A DNA stretch of 64,000 nt from Planctomycetota bacterium (GTDB lineage: Bacteria; Planctomycetota; UBA8108; SXIK01), in assembly GCA_965223265.1 (NCBI GenBank), contig OZ244999.1, positions 896,001 through 960,000 on the forward strand, written 5' to 3'. Made by a program: the position numbers and the translations under genes. The notes beneath the pieces are model-generated. The model saw nothing but the letters and a program-made list of their open reading frames with translations, ran no database searches and was not told where the DNA came from. Each line of letters opens with the position of its first letter. Positions within the stretch are counted from its first letter, which is position 1. Shown piece by piece: positions 27,858 through 37,864 of this stretch.

Positions 27858-29360
27858 CTACAGCCGAGCTTTTGCGATGGCGTTTTCCCACAGCGTGAGA
27901 TGGGCTCGGACCTCACGCAACGGCATCTTCGGGCGAAACTCTCGGGCGACGCGTGTGGTTTTGCGCACGGCTTCGAGCGACGGAAAGAGTCCGATCGCTA
28001 GCCCGGCGAGCGCGGCACTGCCGAGCGCTGTTGTGGAAATCGACGCCGGACGCTGCACGCGCAGTCGCAAGAGATCGGCTTGGTACTGCATGAGCAAGTT
28101 GTTGAGACTCGCACCGCCGTCGACGCGAAGATGGCGCAGCTTGCGATCGAGATCCGATTCAACTGCCCGCGCCAGATCGTGAATCTGCAGCGCTATGCCC
28201 TCGAGCGCCGCGCGCGCGACATGAGCCTTCGTGGTTCCGCGCGTCAGCCCACAGATCAGCCCGCGAGCGCTCGGATCCCAGTGGGGCGCACCAAGCCCGG
28301 CGAGCGCCGGGACGACCGCGACGCCACCAGAGTCAGGTACGCTCGCGGCGAGCGCCTCGATGTCACTGGCTTTCTCAAACAGACGGAGGCCGTCTCGAAG
28401 CCACTGCACGATCGCTCCGGCGACGAACGAAGAACCCTCTAACGCATAGCAAGGACGTCCGCGAAGTTCCCACGCGGCGGTCGAAAGCATACCGTGCCTT
28501 GACCGCACGATCCGCTCGCCCGTGTTGACGACCAAGAATGCGCCCGTGCCGTACGTACATTTGGCTTCACCACTGCGGAAGCAAGTCTGACCGAACAGGG
28601 CAGACTGCTGGTCGCCGATCGGGCTAGCGATCGGCACACCGTCCGGAAGGAAGCGCACGCCGTGAGTCTCGCCGAGAATCGCATCGTTGGCGTTGATCGA
28701 CGGTAGCAGATCTTTGGGCACGGAGAAGAGCTCGCAAAGAGCCGGACTCCAGCGCCTTTTCTTCAGATCCATGAGCGACGTCCGCGACGCGTTGGAAACG
28801 TCAGTGGTGTGCACCTTGCCACCGCTCAATCGCCACGTCAGGTAGGTGTCGATGGTGCCGAACACGAGCTTGCCGTCGCGTGCAGCTCGGCGAGCCCCTG
28901 TCACGTTTTTGAGCAACCACTCGATTTTGGTGGCGGAAAAATACGGGTCGATCACCAGGCCGGTAGTGCGCCGCACCAACTGTTCATCCTTCGTTCCCTT
29001 GAGCGGCTCACAGCGGCTGGCGGTGCGTCGATCTTGCCAGACGATCGCCTTGTGGATCGGTCGGCCTGAACGACGATTCCACAACGCTGTCGTTTCACGC
29101 TGATTCGTGGCACCGATGACCGCGATCTGCGACTTCGCGGCGCGGGCCTTTCTGAGCGCGCCGCGCACGGCTTGCTCGACGCTTTTCCACACTTCGTCCA
29201 AGTCGTGCTCCACCCATCCAGGCTTCGGAAAGTGTTGCCGAAACTCGACGAGATGTTCAGCGACGAGGCGCAGTTTTTCGTCGACCAGAACTGCCTTCGT
29301 TCCCGTTGTCCCTTGATCGATCGCGAGGATCAAATGCGGCCGGCGTTTTGACTTCGCCAT
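27858..29360 (-). CDS. glpK: glycerol kinase
   Basis: AIDQGTTG, GWVEHD, TNQRETT, WQDRRT, DPYFSATK, GDQQSALFGQ, KCTYGTG, LRVDGG. Confidence 0.96.
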   Translation of the reverse strand: MAKSKRRPHLILAIDQGTTGTKAVLVDEKLRLVAEHLVEFRQHFPKPGWVEHDLDEVWKSVEQAVRGALRKARAAKSQIAVIGATNQRETTALWNRRSGRPIHKAIVWQDRRTASRCEPLKGTKDEQLVRRTTGLVIDPYFSATKIEWLLKNVTGARRAARDGKLVFGTIDTYLTWRLSGGKVHTTDVSNASRTSLMDLKKRRWSPALCELFSVPKDLLPSINANDAILGETHGVRFLPDGVPIASPIGDQQSALFGQTCFRSGEAKCTYGTGAFLVVNTGERIVRSRHGMLSTAAWELRGRPCYALEGSSFVAGAIVQWLRDGLRLFEKASDIEALAASVPDSGGVAVVPALAGLGAPHWDPSARGLICGLTRGTTKAHVARAALEGIALQIHDLARAVESDLDRKLRHLRVDGGASLNNLLMQYQADLLRLRVQRPASISTTALGSAALAGLAIGLFPSLEAVRKTTRVAREFRPKMPLREVRAHLTLWENAIAKARL

Positions 29361-29432
29361 ACGCAACTCCCTTCCCTTCACTCTTGTCTCTTCCCGTCTC
29401 CGTGGACATCGCGTCCCGACGCATCTCAACCG

Positions 29433-29966
29433 CTAGGGCGGTGGAAAGATTGTCTCGCCGTCTCCGTCTCGAATCTGCTCGACCGTGAGAAAGAAGCTGC
29501 GTTGTGGTGCCAAACGTCTGAACTCGATCGGCGTGCCGGTTGCAGGGTCGAAACGCACCTTGAGCGTTGCGCGGACGGGCTGGCCAGGAGTGTTCGTTGA
29601 CGCCGTCGCCATCTCCTGTTCCCGCTCGATCATGTCAAACAAGCCGTCCACGGTGTACGAGTCACGGACGGGCATCTGAACATCGTTGACACGCATTTCC
29701 ACGGCGCGAGAATCTTCGACGCGGGTGCTGACGCGTTCTTCAGACTGGCGATCGATTTTTTTCAGCAAGTCGATGCTGTAGTCCGTCAGACGTGCATCGC
29801 TCCAGCGCGCCTGAGCGTCGCGAAGCTGGGCTGCGTCGAGAAGCGGTGTGGTGTCACGGCGTAGGAACACAATGAGAAGGGCGACGATGAACACTCCGGC
29901 GGCCAAGCCCCATCCGAGGCGCGAGCGGCGCGCTCGATGGTCTTCGCCTGGAGGTTTCTGAGACAT
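29433..29966 (-). CDS. membrane-anchored hypothetical protein (DUF6174-like)
   Basis: TM helix, then LRDAQARW...DY...TVDGLFDMI...FDPATGTP pattern. Confidence 0.6.
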   Translation of the reverse strand: MSQKPPGEDHRARRSRLGWGLAAGVFIVALLIVFLRRDTTPLLDAAQLRDAQARWSDARLTDYSIDLLKKIDRQSEERVSTRVEDSRAVEMRVNDVQMPVRDSYTVDGLFDMIEREQEMATASTNTPGQPVRATLKVRFDPATGTPIEFRRLAPQRSFFLTVEQIRDGDGETIFPPP

Positions 29967-29993
29967 TTTGCGCCTTATTCGCCTATCGCCAGC

Positions 29994-30923
29994 TCACGTC
30001 GATGGCTGTTCGTCGAGCAGCGCGCGGTACGCCTTCCAAAACTCCTCTTCTGGCGGACCGACGACTTGCAGGTATTTCACCTGATTCGACGCGATAACCG
30101 CAACACCGTGGTGATAAAGAATCGCAAAGTCGTCTCGATTCTGCGCCGTGGCCTCGGCCTCCGGGAAACTCGCCACTCCGACAGCAAACGCGGGATTCAT
30201 CTTCTCGAACATCGATTTCGCTGCCACCAAGCTGGCGTCGCGATCGTCTCGGGTGCTGAAGTAGATCCCGACGAATCGAAGCTTCTTGTCCTTCGTATTC
30301 TGTCCGAGGAACTGGGCCATCGTCGAAACCTTACCGAATCGCGCCTTTTCGCAGTGCGCGCAGGAATCGAACGAGAACACGACGGTGAGCGCATCCGTCA
30401 GCTCCTCTTGTGGCCACGGCCGCTTCTCCCAGCTCTTCTTCTCGGGATTCCACCAGTCGACATGCGGTGGCGCCGTAAACGGTTTGCCAACGAATCGATC
30501 ACGAAGCTTGGATTCGTAGGCAGCCATGGTCTTTCGGTAACTGCCGATTTTGCCTCTCACGCGTTTGCGCTCGCCATCTCGACGGATCAACATGCGCAGG
30601 GTCGCGTTGACGTTTTCGTCTCGGAGTTCCCGGCTGAATTGTTCTGACGAACGCATGCGCACATCGTTGAGGAGCACGATTTGGTCGCCCTTTTTGAGGC
30701 CCATGAGCTCGGCGGCTGAGCCCGGAAAAACGTAGGCTACCTGGATCCCTTCTTGCTTTCCGATGGTCTCGACTGAGACGCCAAGAAAACCTCGATCTCT
30801 CGGTTGACTCTCCTCTTGTTGCCCCTGCTGTTCTTGGCTAAAGCAGAAGTTCGGCGAAACCAACGCCAACATGGGAACGAAGACGTACATCGATTTGATG
30901 CTGCGCGGTCGGTAGATGTTCAT
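29994..30923 (-). CDS. secreted PDZ-domain protein with thioredoxin-like (CxxC) domain
   Basis: GFLGV...VFPGSAAELMGLKKGDQI (PDZ); FDSCAHC in the C-terminal half. Confidence 0.75.
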   Translation of the reverse strand: MNIYRPRSIKSMYVFVPMLALVSPNFCFSQEQQGQQEESQPRDRGFLGVSVETIGKQEGIQVAYVFPGSAAELMGLKKGDQIVLLNDVRMRSSEQFSRELRDENVNATLRMLIRRDGERKRVRGKIGSYRKTMAAYESKLRDRFVGKPFTAPPHVDWWNPEKKSWEKRPWPQEELTDALTVVFSFDSCAHCEKARFGKVSTMAQFLGQNTKDKKLRFVGIYFSTRDDRDASLVAAKSMFEKMNPAFAVGVASFPEAEATAQNRDDFAILYHHGVAVIASNQVKYLQVVGPPEEEFWKAYRALLDEQPST

Positions 30924-30984
30924 GGTTGATTCCGTTCGAAGGCGCGGACCGGCACTCGTTCAGAGAGGCCTATCCATTCAGATT

Positions 30985-31012
30985 GGCCGAATGACCTTTC
31001 AACAGGCTGTTA
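30985..31012 (-). repeat. partial second copy of the MITE terminus
   Basis: Reverse complement taacagcctgttgaaaggtcattcggcc vs 17562-17590 taacagcccgttgaaaaagtcattcggcc (2 substitutions, 1 indel). Confidence 0.75.
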
Positions 31013-31363
31013 TGCAAACGGGCGAGTTTTGATTATACGCTTTGTGGGTTCTTGAGTTGGGCGAATTCCGGGTTCTGAGCGTCGAGGTGCCGGAGTGGGG
31101 ACGATGGGAATAGACGTTGATCGACGCGAAGTTTGCTGCCTGCGCCAAGCTCGAGCCAGTCCACAGGCGACGTTGAAACCGGTTCCTCGATGTTCGCGCT
31201 GTCAGGCCAGCGGCACGCGGCGCGATAGCGCCGTCACACGACTCCGGGTCGAAAGAGTTGGCTCTGAAGTCGGTCGGCACCTATTTTGCGCCGTCTGCGC
31301 TGCCCTTCGACTTCGACTGGGCCACGCTGCGGCTGCGACGCCTGCCGCGCCTCGAACGGAGCG

Positions 31364-32407
31364 TCAAACCTCGACGGTTTTCTTCGACCGGACTGAACGC
31401 TCTTCGGCCAAACAGACCGAAAGCGACAGCGCCGCGTTCTCCGGCGACAGCCGAGCGGGCACTTCACCGCTGCGAACGCCGCCGACGACGTCCTGTAGCT
31501 GGCTGCGAAAGCCGTCCTTCGCACTCAATCGGAGCGGGTGCGACGACTTCTGGCCAAAGACAGTCGGCTGCGGCGTATGAGTCGAATTGAAGTGAATCGT
31601 GCCGCGCTCGAAGTAGGCATCGAATCCATGCTCGAATGGCAAGCTTGGGCTATTGATCCATCCTGCTTCAGAAGTCAGGAGGGCCTGGCCGCCGCGGTAG
31701 TGATAGGTCGTCCGAAGGGCGTCGATCTGCCGATCTCGAACGAGACCGTGGGACGTGACCGCGCGGGGGCGTCCGAAGAGGTAGACCATCAGGTCGGTGT
31801 CATGTATGTGCAAATCCACAGTCATTCCACCGGACTTCTTGGGATCGGCGAACCAACTGTCGCCCCAGTCTGGTTTGGCAATGATCCGGCGCAGGTGGAG
31901 CGCGAGAAGATCGCCGTGGCGGGCGCTGCGAATCGATTTCTCAAGGCCGGCGAACTCGGGAAAGTACTTGAGCACCTGAGCGACCATGAGCAGACGTCCA
32001 TGCTTGCGGGCCGTCTCGATCATGCGCGAAGCGTCGCGGACGCTCAGCGCGACTGGTTTTTCGACGAGCACATGTTTGCCTGCACGCAGAGCCGCGATTG
32101 CGGCGCGTGCGTGTAGGTAGGACGGCAGGCAGATGTCGACGACGTCGACGGTCTCGTCCGCGAGCAGATCCTCTAAGGTCGGGTGCACCGTGATGCCGTT
32201 GAGAGAGACCGCATCCGCGCCGCTATCGAAGTTACCGCTAACACGTGAAAAGTCGCCGCGCGCCTTGCGAGGGTCGGTGGTCACTAGGGCGGTGACCCGA
32301 CCGCCCCGCAGCTGCGCTGCGGCGGCTAGGTGGGTGAGCCCCATGAACCCCATTCCGACGATACCAATGCCAACGCCCGTGTTGTTCTTTTTTGCTCTTT
32401 TCTTCAT
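31364..32407 (-). CDS. Gfo/Idh/MocA-family oxidoreductase
   Basis: GIVGMGFMG, DVVDICLPSYLH, GKHVLVEKP, GGMTVDLHIHDTD. Confidence 0.92.
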   Translation of the reverse strand: MKKRAKKNNTGVGIGIVGMGFMGLTHLAAAAQLRGGRVTALVTTDPRKARGDFSRVSGNFDSGADAVSLNGITVHPTLEDLLADETVDVVDICLPSYLHARAAIAALRAGKHVLVEKPVALSVRDASRMIETARKHGRLLMVAQVLKYFPEFAGLEKSIRSARHGDLLALHLRRIIAKPDWGDSWFADPKKSGGMTVDLHIHDTDLMVYLFGRPRAVTSHGLVRDRQIDALRTTYHYRGGQALLTSEAGWINSPSLPFEHGFDAYFERGTIHFNSTHTPQPTVFGQKSSHPLRLSAKDGFRSQLQDVVGGVRSGEVPARLSPENAALSLSVCLAEERSVRSKKTVEV

Positions 32408-32790
32408 GGTCTACGGCCGCGTCCCAAGGCACACACCTGAATTCTGGCGAACATGTGATGGACTCCTTTTCGCGTTCGGCTGATTCAAGCAGACGGCGCG
32501 CGGAAAGTAAATGAAGCGCAGAATCGCGGTCGAGTTCATCTCACTGCTTTCGGCGCTGCCGCAACCCTTAACGACACCTGAAGTTGGTGCGTTGGTGGTT
32601 ACCGTATTGGCAAAAAGGGGGTAGGAAGTTGGGCCTCTGGTGGTAGAATCGTGATCGTCGGTTGAAGGCAATCAGCCTGATTCAGGACTCTCCTTCTTCC
32701 GGCATCCAGCTTACCTAACATCCTACCTCTGACCGCCGCGGCGATGCCCGTTCAAGCTCCTTTCGTAGGCGCTCTGGACGGTTTGTTCCT

Positions 32791-32822
32791 ACAAAAGTTG
32801 CTTTTCTTTTGGCAACTATTGT
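32791..32822. promoter_or_regulatory. inverted repeat, possible operator
   Basis: acaaaagttgc-N10-gcaactattgt (10/11 arm match) in an AT-rich part of the divergent intergenic region upstream of the LexA-like gene. Confidence 0.35.
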
Positions 32823-33271
32823 CTTAACTTTGGCGCATCTGCCTCCGTCTGAACCGCGCGGTTTCCACCCAAAACTCCCGTAAACTCGCCGAAAGCGTGC
32901 TTGCCTGATTCGGTGCTTTGCAGCGCCGGAGGTTGGTGCGGCGATCGACTGGTTCCGCAAATTCCTGTTTGCGCTTTGTTCTTCGCCTTTCTGTCGAACC
33001 GCGGCCGACATGGTCGATTCATGTCCGCGATTTGACGAAAGCGCTTGACGTTCTTGATGTCTCGCTCGAATCGCTCGTCAGCCCGTGCAAGACGGTTGAC
33101 AACCTTAACTCGTGGGTGAGTGCGTTAGAAAAACGATTCGTTCGAATTCAGTTTGGTTCCGTTTGGGCCTTGCCTTCAGCAGCTGGTCTTGACTTGTGCT
33201 GACACCGATGAATTTGCTCGCCAGGGCAGGCTCCGTTTCCCTCTTTTTCTTCCCCCCGAGAGGTTGTATCC

Positions 33272-33925
33272 ATGTACTTCACCGAGAAACAACTTAGGAT
33301 CATGGAGTTCATTCAGCAGTTTCGTGCTGAACGGGGCATCTCCCCAACGCTCGAAGAAATCGCCGAGTTCTTTGGTGTCACGAAGATCACGATTTACGAG
33401 CACATCAATCAGCTTGAGCGCAAAGGCGCGCTGAAGCGCGAAAAGTTCAGAGCCCGCTCGATTGAACTGCTCGTTCCCGTCGAAGAGCGCTCGTCTCGTT
33501 TCTCGCTCCCGCTGATGGGAAATCTTCGCTACGGCGCGCCCATCGAGGCGGTTCAGGAGCGTGAGAATCTGAACATCGCCGACGTCTTTCCGGTCGGAAA
33601 GCGTTACTTCGTCCTGCGCGTTCGTGGTGACGAACTCGCTGGCGCTCAAATCGCGGATGGTGACTACGTGATCCTCGAGAAGCGTGAAGCGCCCCGCGAT
33701 GGCGAAACGATCATCGCTGTGCTCGAGAATGGCGAGGCAAGCCTCGGCAAGTTCTGCAACGGCAACGGCGATTACACTCTTCAGTCAATGGATGGAACCG
33801 CGAAGCTGCGCGCGATCAAGAGCGACGACATTCGTGGCGTCGTGATCGGCGTTCTCCGTCAGTTCTGTAACGGTTCGGGCCGTCCATCTGTCGAGAGTGG
33901 CGAGGCTTCTGCGAGCCAGGTCTAA
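33272..33925 (+). CDS. LexA-family repressor with degenerate autocleavage domain
   Basis: N-terminal TEKQLRIMEFI...GISPTLEEIA...HINQLERKG...ARSI winged helix; S24-like C-terminal domain with substituted catalytic residues. Confidence 0.88.
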   Translation: MYFTEKQLRIMEFIQQFRAERGISPTLEEIAEFFGVTKITIYEHINQLERKGALKREKFRARSIELLVPVEERSSRFSLPLMGNLRYGAPIEAVQERENLNIADVFPVGKRYFVLRVRGDELAGAQIADGDYVILEKREAPRDGETIIAVLENGEASLGKFCNGNGDYTLQSMDGTAKLRAIKSDDIRGVVIGVLRQFCNGSGRPSVESGEASASQV

Positions 33926-34308
33926 CAGCCCTCGGCAACCTTCAGCCGCACGATACACCCGCTCTTTCCGAGCGGGTCTTTTTATGTCGTGGTCGCGTCC
34001 AGCCGCTCACGACGCCGTCTCCCAGGTCGGCAGGCGATGGTGAGGAGACGTTGGATTCGGGAACGGAAGTGTGCGGTGCTCACCGAAGACGGTATAACAA
34101 GGCATCCTGAGGCTCTCTTCAGGAGCCGGTTTTGCTGTTGACGACTTGGTGAAAAAACTCTACGAGTCGAAAACCGTCCTCTTTGCGGGCAGGTACGCGC
34201 CGGCAAGTGTCAGCAATCTCCGGCCGTTACTTCTTTTTATGACCTGACGAGTCGTGCGAACAGTGATGTGATTGAGCTGGGCGTACGGACGGGCCATTTC
34301 TCGGGGGG

Positions 34309-35907
34309 TTGACTCTTTATCATCGGACTGTTATGCGAAGTCCATGGATGAACTCGGCGGCCGCGCGGCGACCGACGGACCTCAGGGCACTCGTCGTCAG
34401 TGCGACGGCGCTCGGTTTCTTGCTCGCAGTGCTCGGCGTCGTGCTGCTTTCAACTCGACCGCGGGCCTCGTCTGGAACGGCTGCGAAGATCGTCCCGGCG
34501 TCGGATGCGTCGACGCCATCGACACCGGACAATCCTCTCACGTCGCATTCAGAGGCTGCCGAGCTTGCTCCAGTCGGCGGCCGCGCGGCGACTGATCTCA
34601 GTGATCCGTTTGCCCAGGGGCCCGCCGCAACGCGCTTGCTCGAGACGGCGCCTGCAGCTGATGCGACCACGGCGCAAGCCGTCGATGCGTCGCGATCGAC
34701 GCGGGTCACCTCAGCCGCCAAAACGGAGCCTCCATCTCCTCCGCCCCAGCCTCAGACGGAGCCGATCTCCCCGACAGCGATCTCCGCCGCGGCGCAACCG
34801 CTCGGCGAGTTCTTCGCGCTGCAGCCTCGACTGTCGCGCTGGCTTCTATTGACCTCCGAGTCCTGTTCGCCTCTCGAGGTGTGCGCTTTTCTCCACGATC
34901 CTGATTCGGTGCTGCGTCGCATGGCGGTCGCTGCGGCCGCTGAGCGCATGACTTCCACGCCGGGCGGGGACTCTGTGTCGAGAGACCCTGTGCCGAGCGA
35001 TGGCCTTGTCGACCGCGCCGGCGAAAATTCTGCGGATGACCTTGCAGTACTCTTGCGGCTCTGCGTCGATCCCGCCGTAGGCCGGGAACTGCCGACGTCG
35101 CTTCAAAGCTTGGTGACTCGCCATGGCAACTCGCGGCGACTTGACGTAGAGACGGCCGACGCTGTCGTTCACCGAGCGTTGAGCCGATTGGAAAGGAGTT
35201 TCGGCCGCTTACGTCGAGAATCGACACTCGACGCGTGGCTGCGACAAGGCGGAGCGATGGCAGCAGACGTCGCTCTTCTCCTGGATGTCTCGAAGAGCAT
35301 GGGGCCCCATCTCCCTGCGCTACGCTCTCAGCTGAGCTGGTTGTGGCCGGCGCTCGAGTGGGGGGGCGTTGACGTGCGCCTGGGAATCCTGGCCTACCGC
35401 GATTCTGTTGTCGGTGAATTCTGTTTTGACCTGGCTCCTCGCCAGCAGCTTGAGGGGCTCGAGGCGTTCAGTGCAGAGGGCGGCGGCGACGTGCCGGAGG
35501 GTGTCCACGTAGCTCTGCGCGCAGCCCTATCGCTTCGCTTGTGCCCGTGGCGTGAAGACACAGTTGGCGTCGCGAAGAACGTGGTCGTGGTCGGCGATGC
35601 GCCGCCGCCATACATTCAACAAACGCCTTTGGTCCGTGTCGTCGAGGCGGCACGTCAGCAGGCAGGCTTTCGTGTGCATGCACTGGGGCTTGAACCGGAA
35701 CCAGAGCAGCGGAGTCTCGCGTTTTTCACTGCCTTGGCGAGCGCTGGCGGCGGGCGAAGCGTCGTCTTGCCAGCTGCCGACGCGTTTTCGCGTGAACTGC
35801 TTCGGTGTCTCTGGCCGGCAGCACCTCAGCAGGAGCTTGAAGAGTTTCTCAAAGCGCTCAAAGCTGTGGAATCGGTCCTCGCGACTTTGCACCCTAACGG
35901 TCGCTGA
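34309..35907 (+). CDS. VWA-domain membrane-anchored protein
   Basis: TM helix and Pro/Ala linker; LLDVSKSM (MIDAS), AYRD, GGGDVPEGV, VVGDAPP. Start uncertain. Confidence 0.8.
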   Translation: MTLYHRTVMRSPWMNSAAARRPTDLRALVVSATALGFLLAVLGVVLLSTRPRASSGTAAKIVPASDASTPSTPDNPLTSHSEAAELAPVGGRAATDLSDPFAQGPAATRLLETAPAADATTAQAVDASRSTRVTSAAKTEPPSPPPQPQTEPISPTAISAAAQPLGEFFALQPRLSRWLLLTSESCSPLEVCAFLHDPDSVLRRMAVAAAAERMTSTPGGDSVSRDPVPSDGLVDRAGENSADDLAVLLRLCVDPAVGRELPTSLQSLVTRHGNSRRLDVETADAVVHRALSRLERSFGRLRRESTLDAWLRQGGAMAADVALLLDVSKSMGPHLPALRSQLSWLWPALEWGGVDVRLGILAYRDSVVGEFCFDLAPRQQLEGLEAFSAEGGGDVPEGVHVALRAALSLRLCPWREDTVGVAKNVVVVGDAPPPYIQQTPLVRVVEAARQQAGFRVHALGLEPEPEQRSLAFFTALASAGGGRSVVLPAADAFSRELLRCLWPAAPQQELEEFLKALKAVESVLATLHPNGR

Positions 35908-36294
35908 AAATGGGAGACCACGGTCAGTTACGTAACTTCTGGTGGTGGCTCGTCGCATCGGGCGCCCCATTGCAAATCGCTCCGACGAGTGATACGTTTT
36001 AAGCTTAACCTTCTCATCATCTTGCCTGTACTTGGGATCAGGACGCTGCGATTCTTACAACCGCTCGCGCACTATCTGGATGCTGGCGTTTTTTGGGTTT
36101 CGTTCAGTTACCGGGTAGATCCAGTTCAGGCGCCCTGTACCTTCCCGTCTCACAATTCGATTCCTAACTGAGAACATTCTACGTAAGAAGCAGTGTGGCT
36201 CACCACGAGTCTTCCGTGGGCTCGTGTGCCGCATTTATGAAGCAAGTAATCGCCCTCCCAAAAGTCACATGTCGGTGAGGGCGTTCAAGGAGGA

Positions 36295-37053
36295 ATGACA
36301 ATGTCCTTTGCCCGTCCGGGGGTGTCCCTCGTCTGCGTGCTAGGGTTTTTGGTCGTGTTTTTTGGTGGTTGCGCTGCCCCCGACCGCATCGAGCCGCCTG
36401 CCTACGAGGACGACTTCGGTACCGCAATCGACTACTCCGACGAGATCACCGAGGATAGCGTCTCGCAGCACTCGATGCTCCATCGGCGAGCTCAGTTCGA
36501 TCTCTCGGTCGGCCCAGTATTTCCGCTCGACTCGAACTTCGACCCGGGTGTGGGCGCTGGCGGTAAGTTCGGCATCGAGGTGTTCAAGAATCTGTTCATG
36601 GGTGCCAACGTCAGTTGGTCTCACCACGATGCGGGTGGATCCGGCGACCTGGGAGGTCGTGAAGCTGGCGAGCTGTACGACAACTTCGACCGTTTTAACT
36701 TCATGGCTCAGTTCGACTACGATATTCCGATTGGAGACGTACCCTCGAGTGTTCCAGGGTCGATGGCAGTGCGCCTCGGGTTGGGCGCCGGTCTTACTCT
36801 GGTCACGGGTGAGGAAGACGATAGCGATTTTCAGAGCTTTGAGCTCGAAGAGTTCTACGGATTTGTGTTGCGCCCAGCAGCGGAGTTTCGTTACCGCGTT
36901 TGGGAGGGCGGGCACCTGTTCGCGAGCTTGAGCTACGATTTCGTGCCGCAGAATCGCATTGACATCACCTTCGCCGGGGATCGCCGTGAGGTCGACGACG
37001 ATATCGAATTCGACTCCGTGAACCTCGGTTTCGGATTCGCGTTTGAATGGTAG
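36295..37053 (+). CDS. outer-membrane beta-barrel protein (lipoprotein-like signal)
   Basis: FGGC signal; alternating amphipathic strands; C-terminal NLGFGFAFEW aromatic beta-signal; AGGAGG RBS. Confidence 0.75.
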   Translation: MTMSFARPGVSLVCVLGFLVVFFGGCAAPDRIEPPAYEDDFGTAIDYSDEITEDSVSQHSMLHRRAQFDLSVGPVFPLDSNFDPGVGAGGKFGIEVFKNLFMGANVSWSHHDAGGSGDLGGREAGELYDNFDRFNFMAQFDYDIPIGDVPSSVPGSMAVRLGLGAGLTLVTGEEDDSDFQSFELEEFYGFVLRPAAEFRYRVWEGGHLFASLSYDFVPQNRIDITFAGDRREVDDDIEFDSVNLGFGFAFEW

Positions 37054-37262
37054 GAGATTGGCAGTCTCGCCATTGGCTGGTTGGCAGCTGATGGCCCAAG
37101 CTCATTTGGAGCACGGAGCTGCCTCCTACGCACTCTTCGCAGCGAACGCGCGGACGGGGATGCCGTCCGCGTAGGTGGTGGAAAATCAGGGGCAACGATG
37201 GGTAAGATACTCGGCGACACGGCGGTGGTGCCGTGATGGATGCGACGCTGTGGAGATGTTCT

Positions 37263-37718
37263 ATGCACAGGGACTTTCCGGGAATCGATGCCGGTAGGAA
37301 TCCCTCGAGGCCGGGCCACGACAAGAGCTCTCAGGCTTTGGCCATTCTCTTGGAAGCTCGAGAGCGGCTTCTCGAGCAGATGGCGGACGAAATCGTTTCG
37401 CATCGGGAAGAACTTCTAGGTGCCTCAGGTGAGGCCGGTATGTTCAGTTTCGAGCTGCAAGAGATCGAAGATCGCTACAGCGCTCGGCTGACGGCGCTCA
37501 ACGCCCTTGTCGAAAACCTCGAGTACCGTCAGCCGCAAGTGGATCACCGCGTTGAGACCGCGGAGACGACTCTCGCTGGCGTCCAACAGAGTCTGGAGCG
37601 GATCCTACGCCGTAGCGAGAGCTGGGATTTGGTCGACTTTGAGGTCGTACGTCTCGAAGACGACCGCGTGTTTTTGGTCACCGTCCTGGCGCGCGACGAG
37701 CCGCCAGAAGACGACTGA
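37263..37718 (+). CDS. hypothetical protein
   Basis: Helical, acidic ORF LAILLEARERLLEQMADEI...; start uncertain. Confidence 0.6.
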   Translation: MHRDFPGIDAGRNPSRPGHDKSSQALAILLEARERLLEQMADEIVSHREELLGASGEAGMFSFELQEIEDRYSARLTALNALVENLEYRQPQVDHRVETAETTLAGVQQSLERILRRSESWDLVDFEVVRLEDDRVFLVTVLARDEPPEDD

Positions 37719-37864
37719 GAGATTCGCGCACGCCGTCTGTCGGCAGAGCTGCGCTGCTAAGAAACCGGCCGCCTCACTCCCAGTTCTCGCCTCGACGTGA
37801 TTCTTCAGGCCGCCTTTGAAAGGCGAGAGGAGCCCGCTGGGCTAGGCGACTGGGTCACTGGAGG

